A DNA stretch of 64,000 nucleotides from Eledone cirrhosa (taxonomy: Eukaryota): positions 58,032,001 through 58,096,000 of the forward strand of contig OZ024742.1 of NCBI GenBank assembly GCA_964016885.1. Direction: 5' to 3'. Numbering within the stretch: position 1 is the first letter of the stretch; each line of letters opens with the position of its first letter. Below are positions 1 to 16,800 of this stretch, in pieces. The position numbers were made by a program, and so were the translations under genes. The notes under the pieces are model-generated. The model searched no databases. It worked only from the letters and a program-made list of their open reading frames with translations, and was not told the DNA's origin.

Positions 1-3000
1 GATATAGTCACACATTGTTGGTACTGGAATGGTGGGATATAGTCACACATTGTTGGTACTGGGATGGTGGGATATAGTCACACATTGTTGGTTCTGGGAT
101 GGTGGGATATAGTCACACATTGTTGGTACTGGAATGGTGGGATATAGTCACACATTGTTGGTTCTGGGATGGTGGGATATAGTCACACATTGTTGGTACT
201 GGAATGGTGGGATATAGTCACACATTGTTGGTACTGGAATGGTGGGATATAGTCACACATTGTTGGTATTGAGATGGTGGGATATAGTCACACATTGTTG
301 GTACTGGGATGGTGGGATATAGTCACACATTGTTGGTATTGGAATGGTGGGATATAGTCACACATTGTTGGTACTGGAATGGTAGGATATAGTCACACAT
401 TGTTGGTATTGGAATGGTGGGATATAGTCACACATTGTTGGTACTGAGATGGTGGGATATAGTCACACATTGTTGGTACTGGGATGGTAGGATATAGTCA
501 CACATTGTTGGTACTGAGATGGTGGGATATAGTCACACATTGTTGGTACTGAGATGGTGGGATATAGTCACACATTGTTGGTACTGAGATGGTGGGATAT
601 AGTCACACATTGTTGGTATTGGAATGGTGGGATATAGTCACACATTGTTGGTACTGAGATGGTGGGATATAGTCACACATTGTTGGTATTGGAATGGTGG
701 GATATAGTCACACATTGTTGGTACTGAGATGGTGGGATATAGTCACACATTGTTGGTATTGGAATGGTGGGATATAGTCACACATTGTTGGTACTGAGAT
801 GGTGGGATATAGTCACACATTGTTGGTACTGAGATGGTGGGATATAGTCACACATTGTTGGTACTGGAATGGTGGGATATAGTCACACATTGTTGGTACT
901 GGAATGGTGGGATATAGTCACACATAGTTGGTACTGGGATGGTGGGATATAGTCACACATTGTTGGTACTGAGATGGTGGGATATAGTCACACATTGTTG
1001 GTACTGGTATGGTGGGATATAGTCACACCTTGTTGGTACTGGTATGGTAGGATATAGTCACACATTGTTGGTACTGGGATGGTGGGATATAGTCACACAT
1101 TGTTGGTACTGGTATGGTGGGATATAGTCACACATTGTTGGTACTGGAATGGTGGTATATAGTCACACATTGTTGGTACTGGAATGGTGGGATATATTCA
1201 CACATTGTTGGTACTGGGATGGTGGGATATAGTCACACATTGTTGGTACTGGTATGGTGGGATATAGTCACACATTGTTGGTACTGGAATGGTGGGATAT
1301 AGTCACATATTGTTGGTACTGGTATGGTGGGATATAGTCACACATTGTTGGTACTGAGATGGTGGGATATAGTCACACATTGTTGGTACTGGGATGGTGG
1401 GATATAGTCACACATTGTTGGTACTGGGATGGTGGGATATAGTCACACATTGTTGGTATTGGAATGGTGGGATATAGTCACACATTGTTGGTACAGGTAT
1501 GGTGGGATATAGTCACACATTGTTGGTACTGGAATGGTGGGATATAGTCACACATAGTTGGTACTGGGATGGTGGGATATAGTCATACATTGTTGGTACT
1601 GAGATGGTGGGATATAGTCACACATTGTTGGTACTGGAATGGTGGGATATAGTCACACATTGTTGGTATTGGAATGGTGGGATATAGTCACACATTGTTG
1701 GTACTGGGATGGTGGGATATAGTCACACATTGTTGGTACTGGGATGGTGGGATATAGTCACACATTGTTGGTATTGGAATGGTGGGATATAGTCACACAT
1801 TGTTGTTACTGGCATGGTGGGATATAGTCACACATTGTTGGTACTGGAATGGTGGGATATAGTCACACATTGTTGGTACTGGGATGGTGGGATATAGTCA
1901 CACATTGTTGGTACTGGTATGGTGGGATATAGTCACACATTGTTGGTACTGGAATGGTGGGATATAGTCACACATTGTCGGTACTGGGATGGTGGGATAT
2001 AGTCACACATTGTTGGTACTGAGATGGTGGGATATAGTCACACATTGTTGGTACTGGAATGGTGGGATATAGTCACACATTGTTGGTATTGGAATGGTGG
2101 GATATAGTCACACTTTGTTGGTACTGAGATGGTGAGATATAGTCACACATTGTTGGTACTGGAATGGTGGGATATAGTCACATATTGTTGGTACTGAGAT
2201 GGTGGGATATAGTCACACATTGTTGGTACTGGAATGGTGGTATATAGTCACACATTGTTGGTACTGGTATGGTGGGATATAGTCACACATTGTTGGTACT
2301 GGAATGGTGGGATATAGTCACACATTGTTGGTATTGGAATGGTGGGATATAGTCACACTTTGTTGGTACTGAGATGGTGGGATATAGTCACACATTGTTG
2401 GTACTGGAATGGTGGGATATAGTCACATATTGTTGGTACTGGGATGGTGGGATATAGTCACACATTGTTGGTACTGGAATGGTGGTATATAGTCACACAT
2501 TGTTGGTACTGGTATGGTGGGATATAGTCACATATTGTTGGTACTGAGATGGTGGGATATAGTCACACATTGTTGGTACTGGAATGGTGGTATATAGTCA
2601 CACATTGTTGGTACTGGTATGGTGGGATATAGTCACACATTGTTGGTACTGGAATGGTGGGATATAGTCACACATTGTTGGTATTGGAATGGTGGGATAT
2701 AGTCACACTTTGTTGGTACTGAGATGGTGGGATATAGTCACACATTGTTGGTACTGGAATGGTGGGATATAGTCACATATTGTTGGTACTGGGATGGTGG
2801 GATATAGTCACACATTGTTGGTACTGGAATGGTGGTATATAGTCACACATTGTTGGTACTGGTATGGTGGGATATAGTCACACATTGTTGGTACTGGAAT
2901 GGTGGGATATAGTCACACATTGTTGGTACTGGAATGGTGGTATATAGTCACACATTGTTGGTACTGGAATGGTGGGATATATTCACACATTGTTGGTACT

Positions 3001-6000
3001 GGAATGGTGGGATATAGTCACATATTGTTGGTACTGGTATGGTGGGATTTAGTCACACATTGTTGGTACTGAGATGGTGGGATATAGTCACACATTGTTG
3101 GTACTGGGATGGTGGGATATAGTCACACATTGTTGGTACTGGGATGGTGGGATATAGTCACACATTGTTGGTATTGGAATGGTGGGATATAGTCACACAT
3201 TGTTGGTACAGGTAAGGTGGGATATAGTCACACATTGTTGGTACTGGAATGGTGGGATATAGTCACACATAGTTGGTACTGGGATGGTGGGATATAGTCA
3301 TACATTGTTGGTACTGAGATGGTGGGATATAGTCACACATTGTTGGTACTGGAATGGTGGGATATAGTCACACATTGTTGGTATTGGAATGGTGGGATAT
3401 AGTCACACATTGTTGGTACTGGGATGGTGGGATATAGTCACACATTGTTGGTATTGGAATGGTGGGATATAGTCACACATTGTTGGTACTGGGATGGTGG
3501 GATATAGTCACACATTGTTGGTACTGGGATAGTGGGATATAGTCACACATTGTTGGTACTGAGATGGTGGGATATAGTCACACATTGTTGGTACTGGAAT
3601 GGTGGGATATAGTCACACATTGTTGGTATTGGAATGGTGGGATATAGTCACACATTGTTGGTACTGGTATGGTGGGATATAGTCACACATTGTTGGTACT
3701 GGAATGGTGGGATATAGTCACACATTGTTGGTATTGGAATGGTGGGATATAGTCACACATTGTTGGTACTGAGATGGTGGGATATAGTCACACATTGTTG
3801 GTATTGGAATGGTGGGATATAGTCAGACATTGTTGGTACTGGAATGGTGGGATATAGTCACACATTGTTGGTACTGGGATGGTGGGATATAGTCACACAT
3901 TGTTAATACTGGAATGGTGGGATATAGTCACACATTGTTGGTACTGGGATGGTGGGATATAGTCACACATTGTTGGTACTGGTATGGTGGGATATAGTCA
4001 CACATTGTTGGTACTGGAATGGTGGGATATAGTCACACATTGTTGGTATTGGAATGGTGGGATATAGTCACACATTGTTGGTACTGGAATGGTGGGATAT
4101 AGTCACACATTGTTGGTACTGGTATGGTGGGATATAGTCACACATTCTTGGTACTGGGATGGTGGGATATAGTCACACATTGTTGGTACTGGAATGGTGG
4201 GATATAGTCACACATTGTTGGTATTGGGATGGTGGGATATAGTCACACATTGTTGGTATTGGAATGGTGGGATATAGTCACACATAGTTGGTACTGGGAT
4301 GGTGGGATATAGTCACATATTGTTGGTACTGGGATGGTGGGATATAGTCACACTTTGTTGGTACTGGAATGGTGGGATATAGTCACACATTGTTGGTACT
4401 GGGATCGTGGGATATAGTCACACTTTGTTGGTACAGGAATGGTGGGATATAGTCACACATTGTTGGTACTGGAATGGTGGGATATAGTCACACATTGTTG
4501 GTACTGGAATGGTGGGATATAGTCACACATTGTTGGTACTGGAATGGTGGGATATAGTCACACATTGTTGGTACTGGGATGGTGGGATATAGTCACACAT
4601 TGTTGGTTCTGGGATGGTGGGATATAGTCACACATTGTTGGTACTGGAATGGTGGGATATAGTCACACATTGTTGGTTCTGGGATGGTGGGATATAGTCA
4701 CACATTGTTGGTACTGGAATGGTGGGATATAGTCACACATTGTTGGTACTGGAATGGTGGGATATAGTCACACATTGTTGGTATTGAGATGGTGGGATAT
4801 AGTCACACATTGTTGGTACTGGGATGGTGGGATATAGTCACACATTGTTGGTATTGGAATGGTGGGATATAGTCACACATTGTTGGTACTGGAATGGTAG
4901 GATATAGTCACACATTGTTGGTATTGGAATGGTGGGATATAGTCACACATTGTTGGTACTGAGATGGTGGGATATAGTCACACATTGTTGGTACTGGGAT
5001 GGTAGGATATAGTCACACATTGTTGGTACTGAGATGGTGGGATATAGTCACACATTGTTGGTACTGAGATGGTGGGATATAGTCACACATTGTTGGTACT
5101 GAGATGGTGGGATATAGTCACACATTGTTGGTATTGGAATGGTGGGATATAGTCACACATTGTTGGTACTGAGATGGTGGGATATAGTCACACATTGTTG
5201 GTATTGGAATGGTGGGATATAGTCACACATTGTTGGTACTGAGATGGTGGGATATAGTCACACATTGTTGGTATTGGAATGGTGGGATATAGTCACACAT
5301 TGTTGGTACTGAGATGGTGGGATATAGTCACACATTGTTGGTACTGAGATGGTGGGATATAGTCACACATTGTTGGTACTGGAATGGTGGGATATAGTCA
5401 CACATTGTTGGTACTGGAATGGTGGGATATAGTCACACATAGTTGGTACTGGGATGGTGGGATATAGTCACACATTGTTGGTACTGAGATGGTGGGATAT
5501 AGTCACACATTGTTGGTACTGGTATGGTGGGATATAGTCACACCTTGTTGGTACTGGTATGGTAGGATATAGTCACACATTGTTGGTACTGGGATGGTGG
5601 GATATAGTCACACATTGTTGGTTCTGGGATGGTGGGATATAGTCACACCTTGTTGGTACTGGTATGGTGGGATATAGTCACACATTGTTGGTACTGGGAT
5701 GGTGGGATATAGTCACACATAGTTGGTACTGGAATGGTGGGATATAGTCACACATTGTTGGTTCTGGGATGGTGGGATATAGTCACACATTGTTGGTATT
5801 GGAATGGTGGGATATAGTCACATATTGTTGGTACTGGAATGGTGGGATATAGTCACACATTGTTGGTACTGGGATGGTGGGATATAGTCACACATTGTTG
5901 GTACTGAGATGGTGGGATATAGTCACACATTGTTGGTACTGAGATGGTGGGATATAGTCACACATTGTTGGTATTGGAATGGTGGGATATAGTCACACAT

Positions 6001-7849
6001 TGTTGGTACTGAGATGGTGGGATATAGTCACACATAGTTGGTACTGAGATGGTGGGATATAGTCACACATTGCTGGTACTGGAATGGTGGGATATAGTCA
6101 CACATAGTTGGTACTGGGATGGTGGGATATAGTCACACATTGTTGGTACTGGTATGGTGGGATATAGTCACACATTGTTGGTTCTGGGATGGTGGGATAT
6201 AGTCACACATTGTTGGTTCTGGGATGGTGGGATATAGTCACACATTGTTGGTACTGGAATGGTGGGATATAGTCACACATTGTTGGTACTGGGATGGTGG
6301 GATATAGTCACACATTGTTGGTACTGGTATGGTGGGATATAGTCACACATTGTTGGTACTGGGATGGTGGGATATAGTCACACATTGTTGGTACTGGAAT
6401 GGTGGGATATAGTCACACATAGTTGGTACTGGGATGGTGGGATATAGTCACACATTGTTGGTACTGGTATGGTGGGATATAGTCACACATTGTTGGTACT
6501 GGAATGGTGGGATATAGTCACACATTGTTGGTATTGGAATGGTGGGATATAGTCACACATAGTTGGTACTGAGATGGTGGGATATAGTCACACATTGTTG
6601 GCACTGGCATGGTGGGATATAGTCACACATTGTTGGTACTGGGATGGTGGGATATAGTCACACATTGTTGGTACTGGAATGGTGGGATATAGTCACATAT
6701 TGTTGGTACTGAGATGGTGGGATATAGTCACATATTGTTGGTACTGGGATGGTGGGATATAGTCACACATTGTTGGTACTGAGATGGTGGGATATAGTCA
6801 CACATTGTTGGTACTGGGATGGTGGGATATAGTCACACATTGTTGGTACTGAGATGGTGGGATATAGTCACACATTGCTGGTACTGGAATGGTGGGATAT
6901 AGTCACATTGTTGGTACTGGGATGGTGGGATATAGTCACACATTGTTGGTATTGGTATGGTGGGATATAGTCACACATTGTTGGTACTGGGATGGTGGGA
7001 TATAGTCACACATTGTTGGTATTGGTATGGTGGGATATAGTCACACATTGTTGGTACTGAGATGGTGGGATATAGTCACACATTGTTGGTACTGGGATGG
7101 TAGGATATAGTCACACATTGTTGGTATTGGGATGGTGGGATATAGTCACACATTGTTGGTATTGGAATGGTGGGATATAGTCACACATTGTTGGTATTGG
7201 AATGGTGGGATATAGTCACACATTGTTGGTATTGGAATGGTGGGATATAGTCACACATTGTTGGTACTGGTATGGTGGGATATAGTCACACATTGTTGGT
7301 ACTGGTATGGTGGGATATAGTCACACATCGTTGGTACTGGAATGGTGGGATATTGTCACACATTGTTGGTACTGGTATGGTGGGATATAGTCACACATTG
7401 TTGGTACTGGAATGGTGGGATATAGTCACACATTGTTGGTACTGGAATGGTTGGATATAGTCACACATTGTTGGTACTGAGATGGTGGGATATAGTCACA
7501 CATTGTTGGTATTGGAATGGTGGGATATAGTCACACATTGTTGGTACTGAGATGGTGGGATATAGTCACACATTGTTGGTACTGGTATGGTGGGATATAG
7601 TCACACATTGTTGGTACTGGAATGGTGGGATATAGTCACACATTGTTGGTACTGGAATGGTGGGATATAGTCACACATTGTTGGTACTGGAATGGTGGGA
7701 TATAGTCACACATTGTTGGTACTGGAATGGTGGGATATAGTCACACATTGTTGGTATTGGAATGGTGGGATATAGTCACACATTGTTGGTATTGGAATGG
7801 TGGGATATAGTCACACATTGTTGGTACTGAGATGGTGGGATATAGTCAC

Positions 7850-10800
7850 ACATAGTTGGTACTGGAATGGTGGGATATAGTCACACATTGTTGGTATTGG
7901 AATGGTGGGATATAGTCACATATTGTTGGTATTGGAATGGTGGGATATAGTCACACATTGTTGGTACTGGTATGGTGGGATATAGTCACACATTGTTGGT
8001 ACTGGTATGGTGGGATATAGTCACACATCGTTGGTACTGGAATGGTGGGATATTGTCACACATTGTTGGTACTGGGATGGTAGGATATAGTCACACATTG
8101 TTGGTACTGGGATGGTGGGATATAGTCACACATTGTTGGTACTGGAATGGTGGGATATAGTCACACATTGTTGGTACTGGAATGGTGGGATATAGTCACA
8201 CTTTGTTGGTATTGGGATGGTGGGATATAGTCACACATTGTTGGTACTGGTATGGTGGGATATAGTCACACATAGTTGGTACTGGAATGGTGGGATATAG
8301 TCACACATTGTTGGTACTGGAATGGTGGGATATAGTCACACATTGTTGGTACTGGAATGGTGGGATATAGTCACACATTGTTGGTACTGGAATGGTGGGA
8401 TATAGTCACACATTGTTGGTACTGAGATGGTGGGATATAGTCACACATTGTTGGTACTGGTATGGTGGGATATAGTCACACATTGTTGGTACTGGTATGG
8501 TGGGATATAGTCACACATTGTTGGTACTGGTATGGTGGGATATAGTCACACATTGTTGGTACTGGTATGGTGGGATATAGTCACACCTTGTTGGTACTGG
8601 TATGGTGGGATATAGTCACACATTGTTGGTACTGAGATGGTGGGATATAGTCACACATTGTTGCTATTGGGATATAGTCACATATTGTTGGTACTGAGAT
8701 GGTGGGATATAGTCACACATTGTTGGTACTGAGATGGTGGGATATAGTCACACATTGTTGGTATTGGAATGGTGGGATATAGTCACACACTGTTGGTACT
8801 GAGATGGTGGGATATAGTCACACATAGTTGGTACTGAGATGGTGGGATATAGTCACACATTGTTGGTACTGGAATGGTGGTATATAGTCACACATAGTTG
8901 GTACTGGGATGGTGGGATATAGTCACACGTTGTTGGTACTGGTATGGTGGGATATAGTCACACATTGTTGGTTCTGGGATGGTGGGATATAGTCACACAT
9001 TGTTGGTTCTGGGATGGTGGGATATAGTCACACATTGTTGGTACTGGTATGGTGGGATATAGTCACACATAGTTGGTACTGGAATGGTGGGATATAGTCA
9101 CACATTGTTGGTTCTGGGATGGTGGGATATAGTCACACATTGTTGGTACTTGAATGGTGGGATATAGTCACACATAGTTGGTATTGGGATGGTGGGATAT
9201 AGTCACACATTGTTGGTTCTGGGATGGTGGGATATAGTCACACATTGTTGGTACTGGAATGGTGGGATATAGTCACACATTGTTGGTACTGGTATGGTGG
9301 TATATAGTCACACATTGTTGGTACTGGGATGGTGGGATATAGTCACACATTGTTGGTACTGGAATGGTGGTATATAGTCACATTGTTGGTACTGGGATGG
9401 TGGGATATAGTCACATTGTTGGTACTGGGATGGTGGGATATAGTCACACATTGTTGGTACTGGAATGGTGGGATATAGTCACACATTGTTGGTTCTGGGA
9501 TGGTGGGATATAGTCACATATTGTTGGTTCTGGGATGGTGGGATATAGTCACACATTGTTGGTATTGGAATGGTGGGATATAGTCACACATAGTTGGTAC
9601 TGGGATGGTGGGATATAGTCACACATTGTTGGTACTGGTATGGTGTGATATAGTCACACATTGTTGGTATTGGGATGGTGGGATATAGTCACACATAGTT
9701 GGTACTGGGATGGTGGGATATAGTCACACATTGTTGGTACTGGTATGGTGGGATATAGTCACACATTGTTGGTTCTGGGATGGTGGGATATAGTCACATA
9801 TTGTTGGTATTGGGATGGTGGGATATAGTCACACATTGTTGGTACTGGGATGGTGGGATATAGTCACATTGTTGGTACTGAGATGGTGGGATATAGTCAC
9901 ACATTGTTGGTACTGGTATGGTGTGATATAGTCACACATTGTTGGTATTGGGATGGTGGGATATAGTCACACATAGTTGGTACTGGGATGGTGGGATATA
10001 GTCACACATTGTTGGTACTGGAATGGTGGGATATAGTCACACATTGTTGGTACTGGAATGGTGGGATATAGTAACATATTGTTGGTACTGAGATGGTGGG
10101 ATATAGTCACACATTGTTGGTACTGGGATGGTGGGATATAGTCATACATTGTTGGTACTGGGATGGTGGGATATAGTCACACATTGTTGGTACTGAGATG
10201 GTGGGATATAGTCACACATTGTTGGTATTGGAATGGTGGGATATAGTCACACATAGTTGGTACTGGGATGGTGGGATATAGTCACACATTGTTGGTATTG
10301 GAATGGTGGGATATAGTCACACATAGTTGGTACTGGGATGGTGGGATATAGTCACACATTGTTGGTACTGGTATGGTGGGATATAGTCACACATTGTTGG
10401 TACTGGAATGGTGGGATATAGTCACACATTGTTGGTATTGGAATGGTGGGATATAGTCACACATAGTTGGTACTGGGATGGTGGGATATAGTCACACATT
10501 GTTGGTACTGGAATGGTGGGATATAGTCACACATTGTTGGTATTGGAATGGTGGGATATAGTCACACATTGTTGGTACTGGAATGGTGGTATATAGTCAC
10601 ACATTGTTGGTACTGGGATGGTGGTATATAGTCACACATTGTTGGTACTGGAATGGTGGGATATAGTCACACATTGTTGGTACTGGAATGGTGGGATATA
10701 GTCACACATTGTTGGTACTGGGATGGTGGTATATAGTCACACATTGTTGGTACTGGAATGGTGGGATATAGTCACATTGTTGGTACTGGGATGGTGGGAT

Positions 10801-13800
10801 ATAGTCACACATTGGTGGTATTGGTATGGTGGGATATAGTCACACATTGTTGGTGCTGGAATGGTGGGATATAGTCACACATTGTTGGTACTGGGATGGT
10901 GGTATATAGTCACACATTGTTGGTACTGGAATGGTGGGATATAGTCACACATTGTTGGTACTGGGATGGTGGGATATAGTCACACATTGTTGGTACTGGG
11001 ATGGTGGTATATAGTCACACATTGTTGGTACTGGAATGGTGGGATATAGTCACACATTGTTGGTACTGGGATGGTGGGATATAGTCACACATTGTTGGTA
11101 CTGGAATGGTGGGATATAGTCACACATTGTTGGTACTGGGATGGTGGTATATAGTCACACATTGTTGGTACTGGAATGGTGGGATATAGTCACATTGTTG
11201 GTACTGGGATGGTGGGATATAGTCACACATTGGTGGTATTGGTATGGTGGGATATAGTCACACATTGTTGGTGCTGGAATGGTGGGATATAGTCACACAT
11301 TGTTGGTACTGAGATGGTGGGATATAGTCACACATTGTTGGTATTGGTATGGTGGGATATAGTCACACATTGTTGGTATTGGTATGGTGGGATATAGTCA
11401 CATATTGTTGGTACTGGGATGGTGGGATATAGTCACATATTGTTGGTATTGGTATGGTGGGATATAGTCACACATTGTTGGTATTGGAATGGTGGGATAT
11501 AGTCACACATCGTTGGTACTGGAATGGTGGGATATAGTCACACATTGTTGGTACTGGGATGGTGGGATATAGTCACACATTGTTGGTACTGGTATGGTGG
11601 GATATAGTCACACATTGTTGGTACTGAGATGGTGGGATATAGTCACACATTGTTGGTACTGGGATGGTAGGATATAGTCACACATTGTTGGTACTGGGAT
11701 GGTGGGATATAGTCACACATTGTTGGTACTGGGATGGTAGGATATAGTCACACATTGTTGGTACTGGGATGGTGGGATATAGTCACACATTGTTGGTATT
11801 GGTATGGTGGGATATAGTCACACATTGTTGGTATTGGTATGGTGGGATATAGTCACACATTGTTGGTATTGGTATGGTGGGATATAGTCACACATTGTTG
11901 GTATTGGGATGGTGGGATATAGTCACACATTGTTGGTATTGGTATGGTTGGATATAGTCACACATTGTTGGTACTGGTATGGTGGGATATAGTCACACAT
12001 TGTTGGTACTGGGATGGTAGGATATAGTCACACATTGTTGGTATTGGTATGGTGGAATATAGTCACACATTGTTGGTACTGGGATGGTAGGATATAGTCA
12101 CACATTGTTGGTACTGAGATGGTGGGATATAGTCACACATTGTTGGTACTGGGATGGTAGGATATAGTCACACATTGTTGGTACTGAGATGGTGGGATAT
12201 AGTCACACATTGTTGGTACTGAGATGGTGGGATATAGTCACACATTGTTGGTACTGGGATGGTAGGATATAGTCACACATTGTTGGTATTGGGATGGTGG
12301 GATATAGTCACACATTGTTGGTATTGGTATGGTGGGATATAGTCACACATTGTTGGTACTGGGATGGTAGGATATAGTCACACATTGTTGGTATTGGTAT
12401 GGTGGGATATAGTCACACATTGTTGGTATTGGTATGTTGGGATATAGTCACACATTGTTGGTACTGGGATGGTAGGATATAGTCACACATTGTTGGTACT
12501 GGGATGGTAGGATATAGTCACACATTGTGGTACTGAGATGGTGGGATATAGTCACACATTGTTTGTACTGGGATGGTGGGATATAGTCACACATTGTTGG
12601 TACTGGTATGGTGGGATATAGTCACACATTGTTGGTACTGGGATGGTGGCATATAGTCACACATTGTTGGTACTGGGATGGTAGGATATAGTCACACATT
12701 GTTGGTACTGGGATGGTAGGATATAGTCACACGTTGTTGGTACTGGGATGGTAGGATATAGTCACACATTGTTGGTACTGAGATGGTGGGATATAGTCAC
12801 ACATTGTTTGTACTGGGATGGTGGGATATAGTCACACATTGTTGGTACTGAGATGGTGGGATATAGTCACACATTGTTGGTACTGAGATGGTGGGATATA
12901 GTCACACATTGTTGGTACTGGGATGGTGGGATATAGTTACACATTGTTGGTACTGGGATGGTGGGATATAGTCACACATTGTTGGTACTGGAATGGTGGG
13001 ATATAGTCACACATTGTTGGTACTGGGATGGTAGGATATAGTCAGCAATTGTTGGTATTGGTATGGTGGGATATAGTCACACATTGTTGGTACTGGGATG
13101 GTGGGATATAGTCACACATTGTTGGTACTGGAATGGTGGGATATAGTCACACATTGTTGGTACTGGGATGGTAGGATATAGTCAGCAATTGTTGGTATTG
13201 GTATGGTGGGATATAGTCACACATTGTTGGTACTGGGATGGTGGGATATAGTCACACATTGTTGGTACTGGAATGGTGGGATATAGTCACACATTGTTGG
13301 TACTGGGATGGTAGGATATAGTCACGTGTTGTTGGTACTGGGATGGTAGGATATAGTCACACATTGTTGGTACTGGGATGGTGGGATATAGTCACACATT
13401 GTTGGTACTGAGATGGTGGGATATAGTCACACATTGTTGGTACTGGGTTGGTAGGATATAGTCACGCATTGTTGGTATTGAGATGGTGGGATATAGTCAC
13501 ACATTGTTGGTATTGGTATGGTGGGATATAGTCACACATTGTTGGTACTGGTATGGTGGGATATAGTCACACATTGTTGGTACTGGGATGGTAGGATATA
13601 GTCAGCAATTGTTGGTATTGGTATGGTGGGATATAGTCACACATTGTTGGTATTGGTATGGTGGGATATAGTCACACATTGTTGGTACTGGTATGGTGGG
13701 ATATAGTCACACATTGTTGGTACTGGTATGGTGGGATATAGTCACACATTGTTGGTACTGGGATGGTAGGATATAGTCACACGTTGTTGGTACTGGGATG

Positions 13801-16800
13801 GTGGGATATAGTCACACATTGTTGGTACTGGAATGGTGGGATATAGTCACATATTGTTGGTACTGGAATGGTGGGATATAGTCACACATTGTTGGTACTG
13901 GGATGGTGGGATATAGTCACACATTGTTGGTATTGGAATGGTGGGATATAGTCACACATTGTTGGTATTGGAATGGTGGGATATAGTCACACATTGTTGG
14001 TACTGGTACGGTGGGATATAGTCACACATTGTTGGTACTGAGATGGTGGGATATAGTCACACATTGTTGGTATTGGTATGGTGGGATATAGTCACACATT
14101 GTTGGTATTGGTATGTTGGGATATAGTCACACATTGTTGGTACTGGTATGGTGGGATATAGTCACACATTGTTGGTTCTGGGATGGTGGGATATAGTCAC
14201 ACATTGTTGGTTCTGGGATGGTGGGATATAGTCACACATTGTTGGTACTGGTATGGTGGCATATAGTCACACATTGTTGGTACTGAGATGGTGGGATATA
14301 GTCACACATTGTTGGTACTGGGATGGTGGGATATAGTCACACATTGTTGGTACTGGGATGGTGGGATATAGTCACACATTGTTGGTACTGGAATGGTGGG
14401 ATATAGTCACACATAGTTGCTACTGGAATGGTGGGATATAGTCACACATAGTTGGTACTGGGATGGTGGGATATAGTCACACATTGTTGGTACTGGAATG
14501 GTGGGATATAGTCACACATTGTTGGTACTGGAATGGTGGGATATAGTCACACATTTTTGGTACTGGGATGGTGGGATATAGTCACACATTGTTGGTACTG
14601 GAATGGTGGGATATAGTCACACATAGTTGCTACTGGAATGGTGGGATATAGTCACACATAGTTGGTACTGGGATGGTGGGATATAGTCACACATTGTTGG
14701 TACTGGAATGGTGGGATATAGTCACACATTGTTGGTACTGGAATGGTGGGATATAGTCACACATTGTTGGTTCTGGGATGGTGGGATATAGTCACATATT
14801 TTTGGTATTGGGATGGTGGGATATAGTCACACATTGTTGGTACTGGTATGGTGGGATATAGTCACACATTGTTGGTACTGGAATGGTGGGATATAGTCAC
14901 ACATTGTTGGTACTGGAATGGTGGGATATAGTCACACATTGTTGGTATTGGAATGGTGGGATATAGTCACACATAGTTGGTACTGGGATGGTGGGATATA
15001 GTCACACATTGTTGGTACTGGAATGGTGGGATATAGTCACACATTGTTGGTATTGGAATGGTGGGATATAGTCACACATAGTTGGTACTGAGATGGTGGG
15101 ATATAGTCACACATAGTTGGTACTGAGATGGTGGGATATAGTCACACATTGTTGGTACTGGGATGGTGGGATATAGTCACACATTGTTGGTACTGGGATG
15201 GTGGGATATAGTCACACATTGTTGGTACTGGAATGGTGGGATATAGTAACATATTGTTGGTACTGAGATGGTGGGATATAGTCACACATTGTTGGTACTG
15301 GGATGGTGGGATATAGTCACACATTGTTGGTACTGGAATGGTGGGATATAGTCACATTGTTGGTACTGGGATGATGGGATATAGTCACACATTGTTGGTA
15401 CTGGAATGGTGGGATATAGTCACATTGTTGGTACTGGGATGGTGGGATATAGTCACACATTGTTGGTACTGAGATGGTGGGATATAGTCACACATTGTTG
15501 GTATTGGTATGGTGGGATATAGTCACACATTGTTGGTACTGGGATGGTGGGATATAGTCATACATTGTTGGTACTGGGATGGTGGGATATAGTCACACAT
15601 TGTTGGTACTGAGATGGTGGGATATAGTCACACATTGTTGGTATTGGTATGGTGGGATATAGTCACACATTGTTGGTACTGGGATGGTGGGATATAGTCA
15701 TACATTGTTGGTACTGGGATGGTGGGATATAGTCACACATTGTTGGTACTGAGATGGTGGGATATAGTCACACATTGTTGGTATTGGTATGGTGGGATAT
15801 AGTCACACATTGTTGGTACTGAGATGGTGGGATATAGTCACACATTGTTGGTACTGGAATGGTGGGATATAGTCACATTGTTGGTACTGGGATGATGGGA
15901 TATAGTCACACATTGTTGGTACTGGAATGGTGGGATATAGTCACATTGTTGGTACTGGGATGGTGGGATATAGTCACACATTGTTGGTATTGGTATGGTG
16001 GGATATAGTCACACATTGTTGGTACTGGAATGGTGGGATATAGTCACACATTGTTGGTATTGGTATGGTGGGATATAGTCACACATTGTTGGTACTGAGA
16101 TGGTGGGATATAGTCACACATTGTTGGTACTGGAATGGTTGGATATAGTCACATTGTTGGTACTGGGATGATGGGATATATTCACACATTGTTGGTACTG
16201 GGATGGTGGGATATAGTCATACATTGTTGGTACTGGGATGGTGGGATATAGTCACACATTGTTGGTACTGAGATGGTGGGATATAGTCACACATTGTTGG
16301 TATTGGTATGGTGGGATATAGTCACACATTGTTGGTACTGAGATGGTGGGATATAGTCACACATTGTTGGTACTGGAATGGTGGGATATAGTCACATTGT
16401 TGGTACTGGGATGATGGGATATAGTCACACATTGTTGGTACTGGAATGGTGGGATATAGTCACATTGTTGGTACTGGGATGGTGGGATATAGTCACACAT
16501 TGTTGGTATTGGTATGGTGGGATATAGTCACACATTGTTGGTACTGGAATGGTGGGATATAGTCACACATTGTTGGTATTGGTATGGTGGGATATAGTCA
16601 CACATTGTTGGTACTGAGATGGTGGGATATAGTCACACATTGTTGGTACTGGAATGGTTGGATATAGTCACATTGTTGGTACTGGGATGATGGGATATAT
16701 TCACACATTGTTGGTACTGGAATGGTGGGATATAGTCACATTGTTGGTACTGGGATGGTGGGATATAGTCACACATTGTTGGTATTGGTATGGTGGGATA

